This document shows, piece after piece, positions 1-10,983 of a DNA stretch of 64,000 nucleotides. The position numbers were made by a program, and so were the translations under genes. The stretch is taken from positions 5,270,001-5,334,000 of the forward strand of contig OZ218952.1 in assembly GCA_965112735.1 (NCBI GenBank). Reading direction: 5' to 3'. How positions within the stretch are numbered: position 1 is the first letter of the stretch; each line of letters starts with the position of its first letter. This DNA is from Phaeosaccion multiseriatum. Taxonomy: Eukaryota > Protista > Ochrophyta, other classes. The notes beneath the pieces were generated by a model that worked only from the letters and a program-made list of their open reading frames with translations, ran no database searches and was not told the DNA's origin.

Positions 1-184
1 GCTGTTCTTGTTGGTGGTGGTGGTGGTGGTGCTGCTGCTTATTCTTGTTGTCTGCGTTGTTCACTTAGTTGGCTTTCACTTTACTCTCTACTCCTCTACA
101 CCCCTACGTTACCCTCTCTCTCTCACTCCTCCCACCTCCATACCCCACGTACCCCCATCTCTCTCTCACCCCTCCCCCCCTTAG

Positions 185-665
185 AGCTTATCGGAGCGTG
201 TGCTGTCCTGGTTTCGGGAGAAGCCCGACAAGCCCCTGCAGACGGTGCGCTGCGGAATGTTGCAGGGCAAGGATCTGTGGCTGCAGGGACAGATCACCTT
301 CGACACCGTCTATGTCGAGTTTAAGGCCGATGTCCACTGCTTCGACCACCTGGTACGTAACGGTCCGTCCTACTTATGTACAACTTACGTACTACTTGGA
401 TGGGGCTATGGCTCGCTTGCTCTTGGCGTCCATATGCCTGTCGGCCTGCTTGCCTGCCTACCTGCCCATATGCCTCCCCTGCACCCCTGACACCTAACAC
501 TTGACACGAGGTCACACACACACAACAACACCCAAACACACACAGAGCTTTGAAAGGAATGGTCTTGAATGTTACACGAACAGAGTCGGCTTTGCCGCTC
601 TTCCTGCCTTACTTCTTTTCAAAAGGCAGCACCCCAACCACACCCCCAACCACACCCCCTCCCAA

Positions 666-703
<38 letters not shown>

Positions 704-3700
704 ACACACACAGGTGTGGGAGCGCTACCACTTCCAAGACATTCTCGACATGAAGACGTACAGCAAGTCAGGCATACTCCTGCAGGTGGTGAACCCCTCC
801 CGCAGAGGGCTTGAGGATCTGGAGGTGATATTCGACTTCCACGACAAGAAGCTGAGGACTGAAACCTTCAAGGCGGCGCGCAAGCTGTGGAGGAGGGTGG
901 GGCGCAACATGGACTTGATTCAGAGGGCCCGCGTACGTAAGTGCTTGTGTTGGTGTTGGTGTTGGTGTTGGTGTGGTGTGGTGGTGGTGCGCAGGGGAGG
1001 GGTGTATCGAATGTGGGGTGGGGGGGGGGTTGTCTCTTAAAGGCCTGAGCCTAAAACTCCGCTCACTCCCCCTCCCTCCCCGCCCCCTCCGTCCCTCCGT
1101 CCCTCCCTCCGTCCCTCCCTCCCTCCCCAGGTAAGCTCAAGAAGCTGCAGCGCTCTGGCCTGGCCAGCAGAGCCGACCTTGAGGAGCCCGACCTTGTGGA
1201 AGCCTTCAACAAGGCACGACGGTTCGAGACCAAGGAGCGGCTGGAGAACCACCTGATCACCTACAAGGATTGGGAAAAGGTCATGGGGGGAGTTTCGATC
1301 AGGGTGCTGCAGCAGGGAGAGGCGCTCCTCACCACTGGCGACGACTTCACCAAGGTAGAGTGGGAAAAGGGGGGGCCACTGGAAGGGAGGTCAGAGAGAC
1401 AAGAAAGAGAGAGAGAAAAGAATTGTCGGCGAACAGTCTTTGCTCTGAGCGGCGGGCAACAGACTTGAGGAGCAATGGCCTCCCTCCCTCAGTAGTGAGA
1501 TGGTGACACGTCGGCCCTTATTAGTGAGACAGTGACATCGCCTGTTGGAGCTGCCCCCCACTCGGCTGCAGCAGTGTCAGCAGTGTCTGTCTGTAGCCGG
1601 GGATTGGCGCCAACTGGGGATCGGCATCTTCCTTGGAGAGAGGCGCAGGACAGTGAGGGCGAGTTTGTGACTCTTGACACCTCTTGACACGTCCTCTGTC
1701 CATCCACTGCCATATGTACACCCCTGCCTGTCTGGCTGTCCACTGCCATCCCCTGCCCTACACTCATCCCTGCCTGCCTGGCCATCGGCTGCCATCCATC
1801 CATTCATCCATCCATCCCTGCCTGCACATCCACTGCCATCCCGCTCCTCAGATCTTCCACGTGGCGCAGGGCATGGTGGAGGTGGCGGAGGCTCTGGACA
1901 CGGGGGACACCACAGACGCGGGCAGCGCTGCCACCGGTAAGTCAATGGGAGAGAGAGAGAGAGGGAGGGAGGGAGCCATCCATAAGTCGGTGATGAGCGG
2001 ACCATATACCTCTGTCCTCCCTCAGGCGCTGCGTGCGCGTGCCCTGGCGGCCTCGCCTTGATGCCTTAAATGCCTCTCTGCACACCCCCTTGGTGCCTTG
2101 TCTTGCTGCCCTGCCCGCCACGGTTACATATGACTGCGGCGCTTGGCTCATTCTCCGACCGCCCCTGCCCTGCTCTGCCCATGCCGTGCCCATCCACTGC
2201 CATCCCCCCACCGCCCCTCCTCGTCTGTGCCCCTTTTGTCTGTCCGTGGACACATGTAATTCCATCCAAATTACGTAACAGCCTCCGCTGCGAACCTCAA
2301 GACTCTGGCCACCGAGGTGAGTGTGTGAGTGAGCACAGAGCACACTACAGCATGCAATGTTATGCATATGTTATGTTATGTTATGCAATGTTATGCAATG
2401 TTATGCCTTTCCTGGCGTCTCTTTCTCTCCTCTCCTCTTCTCCCTCCTTGCCCCCGCCCGTCTACTGCCATCACTCGTTAAGCGAAGCGTTGCGATGACC
2501 ACGGCCGTGGTGGCCAAACCTCTCCGCTCTCCCTTCCCCCCTCCTCCTCTCCATACACCACCATCCCCTTCTCCTCCTCATCCACGACCAACCCCTCCTC
2601 CTTCTATCCCCTGCCTATCCACTGCCATCCCCCCCTGTACGCATACCCAGGCGGAGGTGGTGGGTGACGGACGAGAAGCCCGCTCTTGGGCGAAGTACGC
2701 CGCTTCTCGACAGGAGGGGGGGGAGACCAAGACGGGAGGGGATCCGGAGGAGGAGCTTGAGTATGAGGACCCGGAAGACGCGACCAAGGGGGTGAGTGGG
2801 AGTGGGGATGGCAGTCGATGGGAGTAAGTGAGTGAGTTGGTGGGTGGGTGGGTGGGTGGGTGGGTGAGTGAGTGAGTTGGTGGGCGAGTGAGTGAGTGAG
2901 TGAGTGAGTGAGTGAGTGAGTGAGTGACACGGGGCTGCTGACTTGACGGGATGGCGCTTGATGGCTCCACTCTGTCCTGTTTATCCGTCCTGTCTGTCCC
3001 TCTCTCCTCCTGTCAGTGCCTCGCATGCTTCGTAGCCCCTGCTCTGCGATCCATCTACCCATACGCCTCTCACGTTGTGTTTACCTCTCCCTCTCTGCCT
3101 CTCTCTCATCTCCCCCTCCCTCCCTCTCCCCCTCCTTCTCCCCCTCCCCTCCTTTGCTGTGCCCCCTGCCCCCCCTCCCTCCAACATGCTTCACTGCCCT
3201 CCCCATACGCCTGTGCAGAGTGCCCCCTTGGGCAAGAAGGCTCTGAGTGGGGACTCCGACTCCAGCGAGTCCGCCTACTCCGACGACGACGTAAGTTGGG
3301 CCCCCTGACTAGACCCAAATGAGCACCCCAACCCACCCCTCACCCCCCCCGCCCCCCTCCTCCTCCTCCATAAATGACCCACTGCCATCCACTACCATCC
3401 ACTGCCATCCATTAGATCGACGCGGAAGACGTGACCATGTCTGGCTACGAGTCGCAGAGCGTGTACAGCGTGGAGGATGGTATGGCAGGACCTGAGATGG
3501 TGACGCTCGGCATCATGCGTAAGGACGACATATTCGGTATTGTGCCCTTCCTGCTCACCAAGGACGGACAGGTGCGTGAGGAGAGAGGGTGGGGGCAGGG
3601 TGTAAGGGTAGGGCGATACAGATGGATGGGTGGATGGATGGATGGACGTGCAGCAGATAGATACACGCAGACAGATGCGGTGAGATTGGGTGGGGCGACG

Positions 3701-6700
3701 CAGAAAGATTGGATTGGATGGATGGGTGGGTGGATGGGTGGGTGGGTGGGTGGGTGGGTGGATGGATGGATGGATGGATGGATGGATGGGTGGATGGATG
3801 GATGGATGGGTGGATTGATGGACAGATACATAGGCAGATGGGGTGGGATGGGGTGGGCCGGCGCTCTCTTGCCTTGTGGAGTGCGGCGTAGAGAGACGTT
3901 CGTCTCGCGAACCCCCCGTGGCATGACGAGACGCTCTTTCTCTTCTCTTCTCTTGACATAAGTCTCCCTCTCTCCCTCCCTCGACTTCTCTTTCCCATCC
4001 ACCGCCACCGCTGTGCCCCCATCCACTGCCATCCCTGCCACACTACTCAGGTGCCCAAGAGCGGGTTGACCTTCACGGCAAGGGAGGAGGGCGCCACCGT
4101 CGTCTTCGCGCTCGACAGTGACTTCCTCAAGAAGGAGATCCTCAAGGTACCTAAGCATTGCGTAAGGAGTGCCGTAGGGATGATGTATGCATAACCCACC
4201 CCATCTTCACCTTTTACCTTACCCATCATGCTCTCACCCTCCTTATGCCATCCACTACCGTCCTCCTTCCCCCATCCACTGCCATCCTCCCCCTCTGTCC
4301 TTCCCTTCCAGCCCAAGAAGGAGGTGACTGCGGCATTCTTCAAGTACCTCGCAGCTCTGCTCGGGGAAAGGACAGAGGCCGCAGAGGACGCCATGTTCAC
4401 AAGGAAGGTCAGTCAGTCGACAAGTGGAGGCATATGGGGAGTGAGTGGAGGCATATGGAGAGAGAGGGAGTGGAGAGGGAGTGAGTCGAGGCATGACATT
4501 ATATATATATATATATATACATATTTCCAACTGCTCTGTTCCTACTCCTGCTCCTAGGTGAGGGAGAAGCGCCTGGAAGTGGCCCGAGCGGAGGAGGATA
4601 TGCTTGCAAAGCGACGCCAGGACGAGGAGGAGCGTGGTGGGGTGGCGATTCCCTCCACACCGGAGGACCTTTTGGCGCTGCAAGTGAGGCAGCTCTTCAA
4701 CTTCTCGGCAGCGGAGCAGGTGGCAGGCACCTTCAAGGGCAGGTGGGTGGGTGGGTGGGTGGGTGGGTGGGTGGTTTTTTTCTCTTTTGTGTGTACTATA
4801 TATGTATGTGTACAGGCTGTGGGAGAGCGCGAGTGGGGGCAAAGCTCTCAGTCTTCTCAGATGATCCGTCGTTTCCTCTCTCCTCCTCCTCCCTCTCAAC
4901 CCCCCCCCCCCCCCCCCCTGACCTACGCACGCACTTACGCCTCACACCACCCACCACAGATACACATACACCGACCCGGACACCAAGAAGGTCGTTAAAA
5001 TCTCGGGCGACTTTTACGTCACCTCCCACTACTTTGCCTTTGCGGGCAAGAAGATGGTGGACTTCTCGCAGCTGGATCTCAACCACGGATACAAGGCGAG
5101 TTAAAAGGGGCAAGGGAGAGGGGTTTAGTCAGAGGGCGAGGGAGGAGAGAGGAGGGGTGAGAGGGATGAGAGCGGGGAGGGAGGGAGGGAGGCCGCGATC
5201 GATGAGTGGGAACATGTGTCTACCATCGCGGCTGAAAGGAAGGTGATGGATGGCAAGTCGACCAGAGCAAACACAAGTCCGGGGATGGGGGCGGGGGGAA
5301 TGGGGGGATGGTTTGTTTTGTACCTTTCTTGTTTGCGATGGTGCGTGCATACATGTGTGCGTGCGTGCGTGTGTGCGTGCGTGCGCACTATGCACTCACT
5401 GCTTGCCTCTAACCGCTCCCGCCTTATCCCACCTCGTACCCATCCACCGACTTGCGCACCTGCCTACCTCCCACCTACAAACCCACCTACCTTCCCACCC
5501 ACGTACCTACCCTCCCACATCTCCCTATCCACCTCTACCTACCTACCTATCACCTACCAACCCACGTACCTTCCTACCTTCCCACCTTCCCACCTACCCA
5601 CCCACCCACCCATATCTCCCTACGCACGTACCTGCCCACCCACCCACCTACCCACCTATCTACCTACCCATTCATTGACTTTCTATCCACCCACCTACCT
5701 ACCTACCCACCTACCCATTCATTGACTTTCTATCCACCCACCCACAGGTGCTTAACCGTCACGACGAGATGATTACCATCCGCTACGAGGGCTCCAGGGG
5801 CGTGTTGTTCATCGTTAACGGGCCCAGGCCTCAGAAGGCGCTCTTCGAGGTCAAGTCGAAGGACGAGAGGGAGAGGCTCTACACGCTCGCCATGTGTGAG
5901 TACGAGTAGGGCAGGCATATGGGCAGGCAGACAAGGCATACTTTGGCATATGGGCAGGCAGATGGGCAGGCATATGGGCAGGCAGATGGGCAGGCACGCA
6001 TGTAAACATGCAAGGCGTGGAGTTGTGTGTGAGTGTGTGTGTGTGTGTGTGTGGGTGGTTGGGTGCGTGTGAATGTTGAAGGGGTACATGTGCCAAGTCC
6101 GAAGACGTTAGGGACAGACGGGCGTGTGTTGTATCTGGAGCCTTTGAGGGCAGGCGTGCGCTGCCATCCCGCCATCCACCACCATCCCCTCTTGGCTCCT
6201 TGCAGCCTAGAAGACCCTCCTCTGCCCACCCCTCTTGGCCAGTCTCTCACCCCCCCTCCCACGCTCTATCCATGCACCTCCCCACGCCCTGCCCATTCAC
6301 CTTTGCAGCCAAGTGGAAGAAGGAGGACGAGGTGACCGCCAAGGAGATGCGCAAGCTGCTGCGGCGGAAGATGACTCGTCTCTCTCTGGGCTACCTCAAC
6401 GCCACGGAGCGGGTCACGCAACAGACCATCGGCTCCATGATGAGCGACCTCACGGAGAAGGACAAGAAACAGCTCTTCGCGGGCTGCGTGCCCATCGGAC
6501 TCAACAGGAACCAGGTGGGTGGGTGAAGTATGTCAATGGATGGGTGGGTGTAGTATGTCAATGGATGGGTGGGTGTAGTATGTCAACAGATGGGTGGGTG
6601 TAGTATGTCAATGGATGGGTGGGTGTAGTATGTCAATGGACGGGTGGGTGTAGTATGTCAATGGATGGGTGGAGTGGTTGGGTAGGTGGGTTGGTGCTGT

Positions 6701-7270
6701 GTACGGATTGCGTGTCTACCTCCACCCACACACACACACACACACACACATGCACTGCACGCGTCTCATCCGTTCCCGGGGACCGGACTGAGTACCTGCC
6801 TGTGCTGGAACGAACGGGACCGGAAGCGGACAGGATCGACATAACTGCCCTTCTGCTCTTTGCTCCTCCCTTCCTGCTAATATTCGCCTCTGCCCGTTCT
6901 TTCTGTACAACCAACTGCTGCTACTGCTGCTGCTGCGTCGCCATCTATGACCCATGCACCATGCGGCCATCCATCCACAGGTCATCATCGACGAGCTGAA
7001 CTTCAACGAGAACCTGTACCTGCTCTGCACCGGCATTACGCGCGTGCAGCGTGTGCAGGAGCACGCTGGCAACATGCTCGACTCTGGCAAGGCCCTCGAC
7101 AGGGTGGTCTTTCAGGAGCTGCACTCGGGGGAGATATTCGGCTTCGACTCCTTCCTCACCGGTACGTGGGGGTGTGTAAGAGTGGCTCTGTTGTGTGTGG
7201 GAGTGTGTGGGCTCCGCTGCCTGAGCAGGGGCCAAGCAAGCACGCTACAGAGCACTCAATGCCTCACCCC

Positions 7271-7331
<61 letters not shown>

Positions 7332-7611
7332 CCCCCCCTCCCCCCTCTCTCTCTCCGGGTGTGTTCGTTCCTCCCTCTATCCGTCCGTCCGTCCCTCCCT
7401 CCCTCCCTGCTGCGCACCGCCCCCAGGCTCCCCGGCGTACTCATCCATCGTGGTGGACAGCGAGAAAGCCGTAGTCCGCAGCTGCACCAAGGAGCAGATC
7501 ATGGCCCGCCTCCGAGAGGACCGCCGTCTTGCTGCCAAGTTCTATCGCATTGCGGCCATCAGCATCGCCTCGCGCCTCGCAGAGATCAGCCCCCTCGACA
7601 TCTATCTGTGA
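185..7611 (+). CDS. Multi-exon protein with two GRAM/PH-like + cyclic-nucleotide-binding-like (cNMP) modules; 5' end outside window
   Basis: Phase-consistent exons ~185-352, 714-936, 1131-1354, 1852-1936, 2282-2316, 2651-2791, 3219-3290, 3416-3571, 4051-4146, 4312-4407, 4558-4742, 4960-5095 (GC donor), 5748-5895, 6309-6514, 6981-7161, 7427-7611 (TGA). GRAM-like motifs [17 protein letters not shown] and [16 protein letters not shown]; cNMP-like [11 protein letters not shown]...MRKDDIFG and [11 protein letters not shown]...LHSGEIFG...[16 protein letters not shown]. Confidence 0.75.
6523..6670 (+). repeat. Intronic minisatellite, ~6 x 25-bp GTAGTATGTCAATGGATGGGTGGGT
   Basis: Tandem units read directly just after the donor at 6515. 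Confidence 0.9.
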
Positions 7612-8821
7612 GTGGGTCCCTGAGTGGGTATCTGACGGGGTCGGATCGAGGTTATCCTCGACATTGATATCGATGAATACTCTACATTGATATCGATGAA
7701 TCTTGTGCCTGCGTTTGAAGAGAGGAGAGGTTCTCGGTGTGTGCTTTGAGAGGAGAGTGGGAAAGTGTGAACTTTCTGCTGTTAGGAACTACTAGTATTG
7801 CGTAAGCTTACGTTACAAGAGAGGAGAGGAGTGGCGGAGGTGACATTGGGCAATTGAGTGGGTGGTAGGGCTTTACACACACACTCCTATACTACCAACC
7901 GCAGTAGAAAGGGAAGGGTAGCGAGAGTGGTGCATTCATGTCATGCACATGCAGGGCGGGCGGGCGGTAGGGAGGGAGGAAGGGAGGGAGAGAGGGAGCT
8001 CTGACTGCGAGAGGCAGTGGCCCATGGAACTGCGTTTCTGATTACAAGACGGAGAGGGGCAGAGGGTTTGCGGGGGGGGGGGACTAGTCGGTGGTTAGGC
8101 AGTGGTTAGACAGTGGTTGGTGAGTATCGTGGGGGGGTGGGCTCGAGGTTGTGTTGGCCAGGCGGGCTCGGAGGTGGGGCGACTACGATAGGGGGCAACA
8201 AGGGCAACTACAGAGTGATGACCGTGTGTGTCTCAGAGGTCGAAAGAGACTGGAGACAACGGCCGCCACACGGTCGTCGTTTTCTGTCTCGGAGAGAAGG
8301 CGAAAGAGAGAGATAGAGAGAGAGCACGGACCGGGATGGGAGAGAGGGGGTGGGGTGGGGTGGGGGGGAGTTTTGCCTTCTCTCGGCAAGCGCATCAGAG
8401 CAGCGGTAGCAGTAGCACGAGAAATGGCACACTTTGGGTCAAAGTTAATTTCAAAGAATTGAATTAAATGAACAATATGGAAAATGGTAGAGCAATAACC
8501 AAACACCCTGAACAAATTTACATACATGCATAGCCGCTTCCAACCGCTCCCCAAACTAAAACAATAAACACAAGCCTCTAAAAAAAGGGGTTAAAAATAA
8601 TCCGCCCCTCTCTCCTCCATCCCCTCCCCATCGCTTGACACCCCCCCCCCCCCCCCTTCCGGACCACAACACTGCCATCTCCTTACTAACTCTGCGAGCC
8701 TTCCCCACAAGGTGCTTTTAACAAGCGCACCACCTGCCCTTCAGGAATGGCGCGTCGATCGCTCTCGTGCTCCAGCAGCAGCACCAAGCCCGTCTGCTAC
8801 CATCCACTCTCCGCCTCCCTT

Positions 8822-10074
8822 CTACTCTTCCTCCCAGGCGCTGTCGAAGCGGACCACAAAGTCCGTCCCCCAGGGCCCGTCCACGACGTAGTCCTCGTCC
8901 TTGGAGGAGGACAGGATGAGGTCCCTGTCCCTGTCGAGGGCATGCCCAGAGCTGTCGCGTTTCAGGATCTGAGTCTCTCCCATGACCCCGCTCCAGCGCT
9001 CCACGCCGACGTCATTGGGCTTGTGGATGAAACCAACGTCGAGCACATGGGCGTAGCAGCGCTCAGTCTCCTGGCGGTAGTCCACCTGGAAGGAGTACGT
9101 GTCGGTGAAGATGTAAACGCTCGCCCACGACCCGGGCGGGGTGAAGAGGTCTCTCTCGACGCGTTTTTCCGCGATCCACGCCTCACAGAGGGTCCTAGCT
9201 ATCCTCGGCCTGTGCAGGCGAGACTCCACAGCCAGCAGCACCCCAACGTCGTTACCCAATGCCATCTCCGAGAGGCGGCGACTGGAAGAGGGTATGACGG
9301 GGATGACAAAGGAGGGAGGGGGGGGAAGGGAGATCCTGGCTGGGCCACGGCTCCCTAGTAGTCACTATCGAGGACAAGCAAATCACCAAGCCGGGGCTCT
9401 ACCGCATGGCCAGCGGCGGCACGGTGATGGCCTCCAACACGGACGGCCCCCGTCCAGTGCAGCGTGACCTCCACATGATGGAAGAGCTCAACGAGGCGGC
9501 GTCTGAGAGGCGAGGCTTTGAGCCTCTCCGCCGCGTTGAGCTCTTCCATCATGTGGAGGTCGCGCTTGACTTGACAGGGGCCGTACGCGTTGAAGGCCTA
9601 CGTAGAGCCCCGGCTTTGTAATTTGCTTGTCCTCGATAGTGACTCCCAGCGAGCCGTAGCCCAGTATCTCCCTTCCCCCATTTGTCGTCCCCATCTTCTC
9701 TATTCCTGGGCTCTCCTATGAGGTGTGATACCTCTCGTCCTGGTAAAAGGACTCCTCCCTCACCCAACCTTGAAGCTATGAAAGCCAGACTTGGACAAGT
9801 CCGCTCGCCGCTCGCCTCGGAGGAGCGGGCAACATTGCGTTGTCGAGAGTGCTGACGCCCCCCCCCCCCATCCACGGTCAACGCCGGCAGCGTCCGTCAG
9901 TCTGAATTCCCCGCCGTTACCGCTACTCAGGCGCCTGCTCATGTCGCTGCTGGCGCCACTGCTGCTGCTGCTGCCGCTGCTGCTGCTCCATCTCCGGTGG
10001 GGCTTCGTGTGCTGGAGCTGCCCCAACTGCTGCTGTCTCTCCGGTCCCGCTCGAGGCAGGCTGGCCCACGCCAT
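8822..10074 (-). CDS. Two-exon hypothetical protein (~257 aa)
   Basis: Exon 1 10074-9764 (ATG MAWASLP..., donor GTGAGG at 9763); exon 2 9281-8822 (acceptor CTCTTCCAG). The phase-2 junction joins ...SFKVG to RRLSEMALGNDVG...WEEE*. No recognisable domain. Confidence 0.55.
9296..9695 (-). ncRNA. Long intronic inverted repeat / candidate pre-miRNA or hairpin RNA
   Basis: Arms ~9296-9510 and ~9520-9695. Perfect 28-bp (9466-9493/9534-9561) and 24-bp (9360-9383/9621-9644) stems. Transition mismatches mostly form G:U pairs on the minus (host transcript) strand. Confidence 0.55.
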
Positions 10075-10387
10075 ACAGGGCCATAGCCATGGGCAAGCCA
10101 ATAGCAACTTGAGGCAAGTGTGCAAGCAGCCAACAAAGTCGCCTGATGTAGGCGCCCGCCCCAGCCAGTCCCCAGCGCGGGAAATTGCTCAGCCGTTGCT
10201 GACCCTCCAAACACCTATGATCTTCAGCCCTCCGAGGCTCCTGGTTCGTCTACTGTCCTTCTCAGCGGCCGAAACGAGCCCTCCTCTTCAAACGGGGGAG
10301 GCGCCTAGCTACCCTTCGTCGATCGGACAGCCACTGCTCAACAACGCAGGCGCCCCCTGCTACTACTCTACGCCCACGCATCCGACT

Positions 10388-10400
10388 GGTTAGGGTTAGG
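10388..10400 (-). other. Telomere-like motif GGTTAGGGTTAGG (minus strand CCTAACCCTAACC): telo-box or telomerase RNA template candidate
   Basis: 13-nt exact TTAGGG-type match in the divergent intergenic region; function uncertain. Confidence 0.3.
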
Positions 10401-10983
10401 AGGAATGTGATGATGTGCGTCTGGTCAGATAAGACGCAGCGCTGCCCGTGCTCCACTGCGATCCCTGGCTCTGCGCCTCGTGCTCCCCCTTTGCGTTTTT
10501 TTTTTTATAAATTAGTTTTAAAAAATTAATAGTAGGCACCTAAGAAAAACTCAAAGTGTGTGTGTGTGTGTGTGTGCATGTGTCTCTGCGTCTCTGGGGG
10601 CCGCGAGAGGCCGATTACTTCCTCTTGGGCGGGGATTAATCGAGAGGGGGCTCAATCCACTCACAGGTGAAGAACCAACACACGTAGGTTTATTTTTGCC
10701 CACCGTTGGTAAGTCAATAAATCCCATATCGGCCGGCCCGGCCAGTCTTTGAGCAGCCTCGTCTTAGGAAAGGAGGTTCCGAAGTGAGAAACCTCGCACG
10801 GAGAAGATATCGCTCGGACAATGCGGTCGTTACCCATGACAGAGGCAAAATGGGAGCCCAACTGCGGACTCTGCCTGCCGTCAGGGGATTCAGCCCCCCC
10901 CTCCCTTCTAAAGAGATCATTGTAGCTTTCGGTTGCAATCAATTAGAGGTCCATACACATACAGAGCGTAAGAAAGCAAGCCA

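Noticed and set aside
7660-7702. Short direct repeat ACATTGATATCGATGAAT x2 (similar local duplication at 57143-57185)
   Set aside because: Simple local slippage duplications with no element boundaries.
9718-9832. Run of small hairpins (GAGGT/ACCTC, GTCCT/AGGAC, GACTT/AAGTC)
   Set aside because: Five-bp stems are expected by chance, they straddle a predicted exon/intron junction, and no RNA family motif was recognised.
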